From the IMG/VR virus record IMGVR_UViG_3300028586_000785: 64,000 bases of DNA, one strand, 5' to 3'. Shown piece by piece: positions 51,182-59,487 of the stretch. The notes under the pieces were generated by a model. It was not told the origin of the DNA. It saw only the letters and a program-made list of their open reading frames with translations, and searched no databases. This DNA is from an uncultured virus (IMG/VR IMGVR_UViG_3300028586_000785) (taxonomy: Duplodnaviria; Heunggongvirae; Uroviricota; Caudoviricetes). The number at the start of each line of letters is the position of its first letter. Positions within the stretch are counted from its first letter, which is position 1. Position numbers and translations under genes: made by a program.

Positions 51182-52222
51182 TCAATTTCCCTTTTCGTCG
51201 AAGAAGAAATCAGGAATGGTGTCTGGGAGGTGATCTGACTGTGAGTGGAGAGTTGCTTCCATGAACCGTTTGGTGTCTCGAATCAACTCGACGCTCGTGC
51301 CTATAGGAGACCAACCATCGTCACCATTTCTGATATCAACCTGAGTATAGGGCGCTGAGCCTAATTCAGCAACCTCAGGTGCCGAAGAGAATATGTTCCC
51401 GAACTTCTCTTCGTGGTTTCCTAGTAGCTTGAAGTCCTCGTTTGTCTCATATGGCACGTACCACCGAGCAATACCGTCATCATCAAGTTTCATTTGAGCG
51501 AGGGCTACTACATTGGAGCCGTGAGCATTGCTTCTCGTTAGAGATACAGAATATGGTCTAAACGACTCGCCGGATACCGAGGAAAGTAGTTTGTCGATAG
51601 AGCGGTTCACACCGTCTGCTACGACAGAGCCAACATTTGACGAAAGCTTGCCGCCACCCGGGATGCCGATGAACCTAATGTAGTCCTGCGCTTGAAAGTG
51701 CTCAGCCACCAACCAGTCTCCTGCGTAACTCTGAATGGCATAGAGAGAAGACCTCAATATTGGGGTGGCATTTGGGTTTCTGATCGAGACCTGAGACGTT
51801 CGATAAGCCATATGCTCGACAGGAGTCCTAAGAATCTTCAAGATGCTATCAAGCGAGCGATGTGTCTTGAAGCTACCCTCGGATGCCGGAATGAGGAACC
51901 CCTTGTCTACAAGCGAGGTAATGCCTACAGGAGCAACAGTGGTAACCCAGTCACCAAATACCTTGGTAGCTATCTCTAGGTCGTTAGCAGAAGGGATGTA
52001 TCCATACTCCATTGACTTCGTGATGAATCTCTGTTCGTCTTCGTTGCTTGTCACAATGGGCGGAGTAACCCCAGAAAAGTCAATCGACTTGATTAGCGAG
52101 AACAGAAGCTCGTGGTTAGGCACAAAAGAGGTAAAGGCTGCAACCTCAGCGAAATTCAGTTCCGCGATAGTCACAGCCTCACCCTCAATTTCGGCAATGC
52201 CAAAGGGTATTTCCGTCATCAT
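51182..52222 (-). CDS. EspG-like protein, paralog 1
   Basis: AELNFAEVAAF...TSLVDKGFL...HRSLDSILKILRTP. Confidence 0.5.
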   Translation of the reverse strand: MMTEIPFGIAEIEGEAVTIAELNFAEVAAFTSFVPNHELLFSLIKSIDFSGVTPPIVTSNEDEQRFITKSMEYGYIPSANDLEIATKVFGDWVTTVAPVGITSLVDKGFLIPASEGSFKTHRSLDSILKILRTPVEHMAYRTSQVSIRNPNATPILRSSLYAIQSYAGDWLVAEHFQAQDYIRFIGIPGGGKLSSNVGSVVADGVNRSIDKLLSSVSGESFRPYSVSLTRSNAHGSNVVALAQMKLDDDGIARWYVPYETNEDFKLLGNHEEKFGNIFSSAPEVAELGSAPYTQVDIRNGDDGWSPIGTSVELIRDTKRFMEATLHSQSDHLPDTIPDFFFDEKGN

Positions 52223-52286
52223 CTTTCACATCCTGCTTGATAGTCAGCTAACACTATCATCTATCATTTGGGCAGGATCTGATTAA

Positions 52287-52451
52287 TCAATCATTGGATG
52301 TGCGTGGTCTACTTTCAACCCATTCGATACCAGAGAAAGCAGCGATGTCGCCATCAGCTTCAATGAGAGCGGTGTTTAGATCATCTTCGTGCTGAAATGT
52401 GTAGACAAGGTTGTTTCCTTCATCGACAACTTCGATAACTGCTGTAGCCAT
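52287..52451 (-). CDS. Small acidic protein (54 aa), not in the ORF track
   Basis: MATAVIEVVDEGNNLVYTFQHEDDLNTALIEADGDIAAFSGIEWVESRPRTSND*; GGAGGA RBS; directly downstream of the ardC-like gene. Confidence 0.7.
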   Translation of the reverse strand: MATAVIEVVDEGNNLVYTFQHEDDLNTALIEADGDIAAFSGIEWVESRPRTSND

Positions 52452-52481
52452 TTTTCCTCCGGTGCGGGTTTTGACGACAGG

Positions 52482-53516
52482 CTACACTACGTCTGCGTTC
52501 CGCCATTCAAAATCGTCAAGAAGAGATTTAGTTGTCTTGGCAACACTTTCGGCAGCAGTTGCAACCATCTTTTCTCGGTCGTTGCCAGTTCTTACCCCAG
52601 CCCAGCCCGCAACATAGCTTGCTGATGATTCGGCGTGCTCATCCATGCCGTTAGCGCGAAGAAGGACATATGCGCCGGACTCTGCTTCCACTTCCATTGA
52701 GTTGCGCTGTCCGCCGTGACCAGTGTGGTATTCATCCGCTCTTTCGAGATGTCCGGAGGCAATATGGAACAGTTCGTGCGCGAGAGTTTTGGTCTTCTCT
52801 GCATCGCTCATAGAGTTGAGGATCTTGACTGTCTTATCGGTAGGGTCGGTGGAGGTCGCACCACGTACCGTACCGCCCAGAGAGTCCACGTACTCGACTG
52901 TGAAGCCCTTAGCCTTGATAGCAGACTCAATGTCATCACTAAGCCCTGCGGGAGGCGTAGAAGCCATTTCGCGGTGCGAGGTAGGCAGTTCCTCACCTTC
53001 TGTTTGGGCAATATCAAACACTCCAACACCAAAGAAGATGGATATTTCGGTCTTGACGGGCTTGCCATCTGGACCGATAACCTCATCACCATTCTTATCG
53101 GTCTTGGTAATCTTCTTCTTTCCGAAGGCATTGATGGCGATTGCCTTTTCACCCCTACGAGGGTGACGACCGAGAGATTCCCACGTCTTGTATCCTGCTA
53201 CCCGGGTTGCCTTACCTTGCGTCTGCATATCGATAAGGATCTGGTTGTTCCACGAGTAGTTTCGGAACTTGCTCATGGACTTGAGGTAGTGATTCCAGTT
53301 CTCATCCTCTGCCAAAGCTGAAACTCGCGCCTGTAGCTCATCCCTATAACCATCAAGACGCTCCTTAAGGGTTGGTCCCTTCTTCTCGGACTCCTTGGCT
53401 GCACTTTTTGGCTTCACACCTGCTACTCGACTTGTCGATGCCTTGGATACCCTTTTCTTGCGAGTGGTCTGAACACCGTTCTTATCAACGATAGGTGTGT
53501 CTACTAGCTCGTTCAT
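52482..53516 (-). CDS. ardC: ArdC-like ssDNA-binding/metallopeptidase antirestriction protein
   Basis: FRNYSWNNQILI..Q...ATRVAGYKTWESLGRHPRRGEKAI...VFDIAQTEG; KTLAHELFH; EVEAES. Confidence 0.85.
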   Translation of the reverse strand: MNELVDTPIVDKNGVQTTRKKRVSKASTSRVAGVKPKSAAKESEKKGPTLKERLDGYRDELQARVSALAEDENWNHYLKSMSKFRNYSWNNQILIDMQTQGKATRVAGYKTWESLGRHPRRGEKAIAINAFGKKKITKTDKNGDEVIGPDGKPVKTEISIFFGVGVFDIAQTEGEELPTSHREMASTPPAGLSDDIESAIKAKGFTVEYVDSLGGTVRGATSTDPTDKTVKILNSMSDAEKTKTLAHELFHIASGHLERADEYHTGHGGQRNSMEVEAESGAYVLLRANGMDEHAESSASYVAGWAGVRTGNDREKMVATAAESVAKTTKSLLDDFEWRNADVV

Positions 53517-53548
53517 GTGCGTCCCCTAGGTTGTCTGGCTACCTGCTA

Positions 53549-53570
53549 AGTTTAGCAAGACGCTACGACA
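53549..53570 (-). promoter_or_regulatory. RecA-NDp/PafBC-like promoter upstream of the ardC-like gene
   Basis: Minus strand TGTCGT-agcgtcttgc-TAAACT. Confidence 0.55.
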
Positions 53571-53994
53571 GTCTGCTGAGGCGATGCCGAACACTTTCGT
53601 AATCACCTGACACCCTAATGGAATCGATAAGAATGGTATCTGCCGAGTAACCTGACTGATTCATCCATTCGCGAACAGCATGACTAGTCACGGTGCTGTT
53701 CTTGCACAAGAATACGATGACCGAACGCTTCTGAACAATCAAAGCGATCTCTTCCTTATTCACTCTCACGCGGCGAGCCAGAATTTCATAACCCTTATCT
53801 TCGGCGGCGTTCTGGAGGCGCTGACGGAACCAGAAGCTCGATTCACCCTCCGGGGGATAGTCATTCTCATCAGAACCGAACTCGGTTCCTCGCCATTTTG
53901 GTCGAGTGTTCGATTCCCCGCTGACTTTGAACGAAATTGTCTTTGGATTACCGTTTCGATCAAGGATGGTCTTTGTGGCGGTTGTCTCAGTCAT
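53563..53994 (-). CDS. Degenerate YraN-like (restriction-endonuclease fold) protein with N-terminal LDRNG tag
   Basis: KGYEILARRVRVNKEEIALIVQKRSVIVFLCK aligns by eye with YraN Gy.Il.rN.r...GEiDiia....lvFvEVK, lacking the catalytic D and E. Confidence 0.5.
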   Translation of the reverse strand: MTETTATKTILDRNGNPKTISFKVSGESNTRPKWRGTEFGSDENDYPPEGESSFWFRQRLQNAAEDKGYEILARRVRVNKEEIALIVQKRSVIVFLCKNSTVTSHAVREWMNQSGYSADTILIDSIRVSGDYESVRHRLSRLS

Positions 53995-54032
53995 GACCAG
54001 GCTCCTATTGCTATTAGTGACTACACTCTACC

Positions 54033-54410
54033 TTATGACGCATCAGGTAGAACATCTTGAGATTGAGTGACATGAGTTTCTCCGGAAACAAGAGTACGTT
54101 CAATTTCGCCGTTCTTCTTGTATCGAATTCTCACAGGTAGAGTATTCCTATCTAGCCAAGTGCGCTTATCTGACTGGATCTTCATGACTGAACGTGCACC
54201 ATAATTAGCAACTTCCGCAATGGTGGCATCGAGTTCGTCGAACTGTTCTTCGGGAGTCTTCTGGGTGTCTACGAGTCCACTTAGATAAGCAACATCTACA
54301 TACTCATTCCATGTCTCCTGAAGCTCTTTTCGCAAGCTCATGATCTCAGCGGCTATGTCGGTCAGAGATTTACTTGGATCGATGTCCTCAGGCGAGCATG
54401 AAAACATCAC
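54033..54410 (-). CDS. Hypothetical protein
   Basis: 125 aa; 4-nt overlap with the upstream gene. Confidence 0.7.
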   Translation of the reverse strand: MMFSCSPEDIDPSKSLTDIAAEIMSLRKELQETWNEYVDVAYLSGLVDTQKTPEEQFDELDATIAEVANYGARSVMKIQSDKRTWLDRNTLPVRIRYKKNGEIERTLVSGETHVTQSQDVLPDAS

Positions 54411-54811
54411 ACAAACCCATCACCAACGGTGTTTTTGGGCTGCGGCGCGACGTAGTTGTAAGGAGTAGCCTTACCCATCTCACCAAGGTCGGTGTGGTCA
54501 GAACCCTGCTGAATCTCCTTAGCGGGGAAGCGGTACTTCGAGAAAACAACGGTGTCGCTGTCTTCGAGGTGCGCCTCGGTAGGCTTCTTCATGACATCGA
54601 CCACGACCAGCTTGAGATCCTCTTCACCCGGAATGCTGAACGTACCGACCTCATAGCACGAAGGAGCTTCGTCGCGAATCATCTGCCAGAACCGATCCAG
54701 ACGGCGACGGGTGGTAACAATGCGAAGAGTTGCCACCTTGACCATGTTCGGCGCAGCGGGCGCATCCTTGACAACATCAGTACTGGGCATTGCATCAAGC
54801 TTAACGGGCAT
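54407..54811 (-). CDS. Hypothetical protein
   Basis: 134 aa; GAAAGG RBS; TTGACT-N17-TAAGTT promoter candidate at about 54847-54875. Confidence 0.75.
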   Translation of the reverse strand: MPVKLDAMPSTDVVKDAPAAPNMVKVATLRIVTTRRRLDRFWQMIRDEAPSCYEVGTFSIPGEEDLKLVVVDVMKKPTEAHLEDSDTVVFSKYRFPAKEIQQGSDHTDLGEMGKATPYNYVAPQPKNTVGDGFV

Positions 54812-54885
54812 AAGTAGACCTTTCTACGGTTCTTTCTACTAGCTACAACTTAGTGCATGTTGACACCAAAGTCAAATTGGTCTTA

Positions 54886-54978
54886 CTGATTGAGACACTA
54901 ACCCCGGCGAACCAGGGACTTCGTATCACGTCGGCATCACGGCGGAACATCCCAATAATAGGAGAGTGTCTCAATCAG
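54886..54978 (-). CRISPR. Candidate degenerate single-spacer mini-array (crRNA-like element) inside a 14-bp inverted repeat
   Basis: Minus strand after the cas6e stop: GACACTCTCCTATTATTGGGATGTTCCG (28 nt, I-E-like GGG-ATGTTCCG end), CCGTGATGCCGACGTGATAC (20 nt), GAAGTCCCTGGTTCGCCGGGGTTAGTGTC (29 nt, stem with UUCG loop). The two 'repeats' are not similar in sequence. Confidence 0.4.
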
Positions 54979-55609
54979 AAGTCTTGTTGTCGATGGTTAG
55001 TAGACCGCAGCCATATCCCTTAGCTCGACCAATTCCACCCACCATAGCTGCTCTTAGCGCATCCGCATCATCAATGCGACCTGAGCCATGTACACGAGCG
55101 ATAGCTAGCGTTACCTTAGAACTGCCTCTTTTGAAGGTGTCAATGTCGTACGAGTCAATTGACAGCGCATTGGTTTTGAGACCCGCGCCGGTAAGCTTTG
55201 CACCAATCCACTCTTCGAGATCTTCCTCTTTGATGGGGACTCTTTTGTTTGACTGAGTAACTGTGTTTACGGGATTGACAGCCAGTGAAAAGTGGTAAGT
55301 ACCATCGTCAGAAAGGCTATCTAGCAGAGGCTGACACGACACCTGCTGGAATCCACCATCGGGAGCAGAAGACCACCCCGATGCTTCTACAATATGTTCT
55401 ACCGAAGGAGCCTCAGGACTAACGATGAGCAGTGCAGTTTCCTTCCCCGATCCGTCCAATCGCCATAGAACGCGGTTCTCACCAATCACCGTCTTTTGGG
55501 TAGGAGCGAAAGCCTGCAACACTGTGGCGTGAGCAACCTGTCTGGAAACAAGCAGCTTCCTTGAAGCAGCCCTATACGTGTTGATAGGGATAGAGGTCAT
55601 GTAAGTCAT
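54971..55609 (-). CDS. cas6e: Type I-E Cas6 (Cse3/CasE)
   Basis: QVAHATVLQAF, RVLWRLD, LLIVSP..P, FSLAVNPV, GIGRAKGYGCGLLTI G-loop. Confidence 0.95.
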   Translation of the reverse strand: MTYMTSIPINTYRAASRKLLVSRQVAHATVLQAFAPTQKTVIGENRVLWRLDGSGKETALLIVSPEAPSVEHIVEASGWSSAPDGGFQQVSCQPLLDSLSDDGTYHFSLAVNPVNTVTQSNKRVPIKEEDLEEWIGAKLTGAGLKTNALSIDSYDIDTFKRGSSKVTLAIARVHGSGRIDDADALRAAMVGGIGRAKGYGCGLLTIDNKTSD

Positions 55610-56328
55610 TTCTCTCCCTCGGCTACACTCATCGCAAATGTCATAGCTGGATTGCTATGGACACGCGGGACGGGATTTGTCTCTTGTTCAACATTGATGC
55701 GTTCGTGGAATACACCGCGAGGGGAATACCTTCTTGCTGCGCTGTCGAAGGTAACTGGGTTGTCCATCACGACATCAGAAAGATACCCTTCATCTTCGTC
55801 AATGGGGTCTCGGAATAGAGAAATTGTGGACTCATCCGTCTTGGGCATGGGAAAGCCAGATAGTGCACCTCTTACATCATCTGCCACTACAGAGTGGAAG
55901 ATAGGCTTGTTAGGTGGGCACGATTTCCTTCCCAAGAACAATGCTCGCTTGGGCTTCCTGAGAGCCTGAGCAACCGAATTGACGAGCGCGCCACTATCTG
56001 AATACAGCGCCACCACAAATTCTGCATCAGCTAGGTAGTACCTCTCGGTGATTCGATTTACCCTGTCGCCCTTAGTCGGCTGAGTAATGATACTGACGGT
56101 ATGGTAATCACGCTGAATTTTTCCTACTGAATCAACACGTACTCCATACGACATGCCTGCGAGGTCAGAAATGTCATCACTTCTGTCTCGACCCATAGCA
56201 TTGGCGACCAAACCGAGTATTGCACTCTTGGTTGGGTAACTCATGGTAGATCTGGCATGACCAATAGTCGTAGTACCCCATGACTGCAATACACCAGACA
56301 GAACCATGATGACGCTAGGCATCAGCAA
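55606..56328 (-). CDS. cas5e: Type I-E Cas5 (CasD)
   Basis: LSGVLQSWG...RST..PTKSAILGLVANAMGRDR, RDYHTV, RYYLADAEF, LFLGRKSCPP. Confidence 0.95.
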   Translation of the reverse strand: MLMPSVIMVLSGVLQSWGTTTIGHARSTMSYPTKSAILGLVANAMGRDRSDDISDLAGMSYGVRVDSVGKIQRDYHTVSIITQPTKGDRVNRITERYYLADAEFVVALYSDSGALVNSVAQALRKPKRALFLGRKSCPPNKPIFHSVVADDVRGALSGFPMPKTDESTISLFRDPIDEDEGYLSDVVMDNPVTFDSAARRYSPRGVFHERINVEQETNPVPRVHSNPAMTFAMSVAEGEK

Positions 56329-57400
56329 CCACTACATTCTTGACGGCGGCAACAAGATCCTTGAGGGGTAGACGCTCAGCAAACGGAATGTCCATTCCCG
56401 CACCAGTGCCAATGTAGAAAGCATGCTCCGGCAAGCCGTAATTGTCATAGAGAGACGACGCTTCATCAATAAGCCGCATTACGGCTTCACTAGCGATGTC
56501 TTCTCCCGACAGCACACTACTGAAAGCAGAGGCAAGAGAAAGAGGCTGATCGTCGGAGATTGTCACGAGGACAAAATGAGGAAGGGTTTGCGCTGCAAAG
56601 CTAGACTGCTTACCAGAGGGCATGGACCGAACAAATGCGTTGACAAAAGCACCAACGGCATCAGCAGTGAACTGAGCGTCACCATCTAGATTTTTGCTCA
56701 GTGTTGCTGTATCAAGACACGCATAGCGGTATACGGTAGAGGACACAAAGTCAATCGATCCGATGATCTTGGTCTTGGACAGTGCATCATCGATACCAAC
56801 AAACGAATCGCGCTGGTTGGTAAGCTTGTCTACACCAATGATGTGAGCAACACTTGCTGCTGCCTCAACGCTAAGCTCGGCGTTTGCTGTCATCATTCTG
56901 CCAAAGAGTGCGAGGTCTACTGTGTTCTTACCGACAAGTGAAGATTTGATTTCAGAAACCGAGATGGACTTCCTTTTACCATCAACCACTTCAACCGCAA
57001 CATCAACCAGACTATCTAGCTGGCTCGGGCTGTAGAAGACGATCATCTTGGAACTAGTGACAGAGCCAGGCTCCACCTCTTCGTTATCGGCTTCTGTCTT
57101 TTCAACAACACCAAGAACGATCTTGACCAAGCTGTCTACTAGCTTGCCATCCGCTTTGGGTCGTACTTCAAGCAGCCTTTTCCTGAACTCTGACGGTAGC
57201 TGAGTCGTTCGGCAACCCATGTAGCTGGCATCATAGTTCTCGGCAAAGAACTGACGAATGGCATACTTCCATGATTGTGAAGAAATACGAGCGCGCTCTA
57301 CGCCACCAAATAGAGCCTTTTTGGGCATACCGCTATCATCGCGGTTGAGTGCCGAAGGCGGCAGTGTCTGAAGAGCATGGATGTTGATGAATTGGGTCAA
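56315..57400 (-). CDS. cas7e: Type I-E Cas7 (Cse4/CasC)
   Basis: FINIHALQTLPPSALNRDDSGMPK..FGG..RARISSQSWK.AIR, DLALFGRM, VEAA..VAH, YRYA, MPSGKQSSFA. Confidence 0.95.
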   Translation of the reverse strand: MTQFINIHALQTLPPSALNRDDSGMPKKALFGGVERARISSQSWKYAIRQFFAENYDASYMGCRTTQLPSEFRKRLLEVRPKADGKLVDSLVKIVLGVVEKTEADNEEVEPGSVTSSKMIVFYSPSQLDSLVDVAVEVVDGKRKSISVSEIKSSLVGKNTVDLALFGRMMTANAELSVEAAASVAHIIGVDKLTNQRDSFVGIDDALSKTKIIGSIDFVSSTVYRYACLDTATLSKNLDGDAQFTADAVGAFVNAFVRSMPSGKQSSFAAQTLPHFVLVTISDDQPLSLASAFSSVLSGEDIASEAVMRLIDEASSLYDNYGLPEHAFYIGTGAGMDIPFAERLPLKDLVAAVKNVVVADA

Positions 57401-57420
57401 TGTTGTAATCTCCTGACCGA

Positions 57421-57449
57421 AGGTTAGACCACAGAAGCTATCGTGTCAA
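57421..57449 (-). promoter_or_regulatory. Internal sigma-A-type promoter upstream of cas7
   Basis: TTGACA (57444-49)-N17-TAACCT (57421-26), then AGGAG RBS. Confidence 0.6.
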
Positions 57450-57456
57450 ATCAGCG

Positions 57457-59487
57457 CTATCTAGACACGATGAGTTCGGCTATGTCCCTTTGATGCATAC
57501 CACTAATGACGGCATCGGTGAGGGTGGCTAGGCTCCCAAAGTCAACGGAGCCACCTCGGGCTATTACCACCCCAGCTAGACTTCGCGCATTCTCAATAGC
57601 CTGCATCTTGTCTCTCGATGCAATCATCTGTGAGACCCGCATGTCAAAAGCATCACCTGATTCATTCTTCAATACATCAAGGAATGCGAACAAACGAGGC
57701 TCTACTGCGTGCGTAGAACTACCATCCGAGCGCCTTTTCCATGAAGACCATATCTTCATGACCTCACTAGCGATGTCACCGGCATTAGAGCGAACAGAAA
57801 TGTCGCTAGCGATAGCCCATCGAACATAACTTCCAAGCTCACGGTCTGGTCCAGTCATGGATTCCAAACCAAGAGTTCTTCTCAATCTGGCTCTAGAAGA
57901 AGCTACCGAAAACAGTTTCTTCTCTCCATTTTGAGTCCGCCAGACACCAAGTAGCTCTTTCGCTGTAGCTGTGTCGGACACCTCGTCTGCGTGGGTGCCT
58001 AGTGCACTTGCAAGCATCTGGATTGCGGCACTTGTCGATGAAGTGTTGGAAGAGATGTTCCTGAACATCCATAGGAAACTTCTATCTAGATCCATTTCGG
58101 CAGAGCGCATCATCGACTTCATCGCCGTGACATCGACCTCGCCGTACTTTGCCGTGAGGTAATCCTTGACGAAGCCATAGTAAGTTGACTTCACCATACT
58201 CACCATTTTGGCTGAATCATCTTCTAGCTGTGCAACTACAGAGGCGCTAGATAATCTTGCGATTGACTCTACAGAGACACTCTTGTCAATGACACCACGG
58301 AAGACCTGAACACGATCATCAGTGCTCGCACCGATGATTCGAACTCTCACCGGTAGCGATATACCTAGCAAGTTGGACACCTTTGCCGCCCAAGTGACAT
58401 TGAGGGGTGCCTGAAAACCAGGCTTACTACGGGGAAGCAATGCTGGAACGTTCTGCCATACAGAGTCCTCCGTGAGGTAGTACGCCGCCATTTCTCCGGT
58501 CTTGCTTTCGCGCCAAGCTGTCTGTGTTTCATGATGCCGCGCCATGTGCACCTGAGAGCTTTTGCTACTCAATGAGTTATTCTCAGAAGAGACAGCAGAG
58601 GTAACCATGCCATCTTCAGCAATGAGCCTTACACTCTTTGCGAACCACACAAAAAGTTGTACCTGACCGGCAGGTTTGGCGCTTCTTTGCTTGAAAACTG
58701 GACGTTTTGACTCTTCGTCGAATTCATACATAGTGGGTACCTTCTTCCCACTCTTCTCTTCCCAGAAAGGCATGTCACTCTTCTTTAGCTGTGAAGGAAC
58801 CAGATTCAGCAGAAGAGTCTCATAGAGATTGCGTCCAGATAGCTGAGTAACCCCAATTGACGAGCACCACCCTCTATGCCCCTTAGGATAGAAGCGCGCA
58901 ATGGCGGTTTCATCGCTCGGGTTCATACCAACAACAGGACTCAAAGGAGCCATCGTGGACCAGGAGTGGTAGGCAATAAGGATGCGCGCTGACTCGGCGT
59001 AGCTCACTCGCGCCGCAAAATCACTGTTCTTGAAAACGCTAATCAGATCTGCATCTGGCATCATCTTACCCAAGCTGTACTTAACAGAAGAGTAGGTTCC
59101 GCTTTCCTTGCTGCTGTACTCCAAGTTCGGTATCTGGAAGAACGGTCTCTTGCTATCAAACAGATCAAAACGATGCTGCCACTCATCTAGGTATGTAGAG
59201 GCGATAGACGACAAAGCACCACTGTCGTCATCCCACAGCATCTTCCACAGAGCAACATCAGCGTTTTTGACGTGGTTCTTCTGCTCTATGAAAAGAGGCG
59301 TTACCGCACGGTACATGACCGCCAAGACAAGTCTCACGACAGATGCCGTCTGCAATGGGTTATCGCATTCGATAGACTTGATCTGAGCCGACTTGATGAA
59401 TACGTCACGAAGCGATACGACATCCGAATGTCCGCTATTCAGGCTCACCGGAATCCAAGGCTCGGATACAAGATTGAAGCTAGGCAA
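57457..59487 (-). CDS. cas8e: Type I-E Cas8e (Cse1/CasA) with C-terminal Cas11 (Cse2)-like extension
   Basis: FNLVSEPWIPV, VSLRDVF, RLVLAVMYRA, YLDEWQHRFDLFDSKRPFFQ, GRNLYETLLLNL; last ~133 aa resemble Cse2. Confidence 0.9.
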   Translation of the reverse strand: MPSFNLVSEPWIPVSLNSGHSDVVSLRDVFIKSAQIKSIECDNPLQTASVVRLVLAVMYRAVTPLFIEQKNHVKNADVALWKMLWDDDSGALSSIASTYLDEWQHRFDLFDSKRPFFQIPNLEYSSKESGTYSSVKYSLGKMMPDADLISVFKNSDFAARVSYAESARILIAYHSWSTMAPLSPVVGMNPSDETAIARFYPKGHRGWCSSIGVTQLSGRNLYETLLLNLVPSQLKKSDMPFWEEKSGKKVPTMYEFDEESKRPVFKQRSAKPAGQVQLFVWFAKSVRLIAEDGMVTSAVSSENNSLSSKSSQVHMARHHETQTAWRESKTGEMAAYYLTEDSVWQNVPALLPRSKPGFQAPLNVTWAAKVSNLLGISLPVRVRIIGASTDDRVQVFRGVIDKSVSVESIARLSSASVVAQLEDDSAKMVSMVKSTYYGFVKDYLTAKYGEVDVTAMKSMMRSAEMDLDRSFLWMFRNISSNTSSTSAAIQMLASALGTHADEVSDTATAKELLGVWRTQNGEKKLFSVASSRARLRRTLGLESMTGPDRELGSYVRWAIASDISVRSNAGDIASEVMKIWSSWKRRSDGSSTHAVEPRLFAFLDVLKNESGDAFDMRVSQMIASRDKMQAIENARSLAGVVIARGGSVDFGSLATLTDAVISGMHQRDIAELIVSR

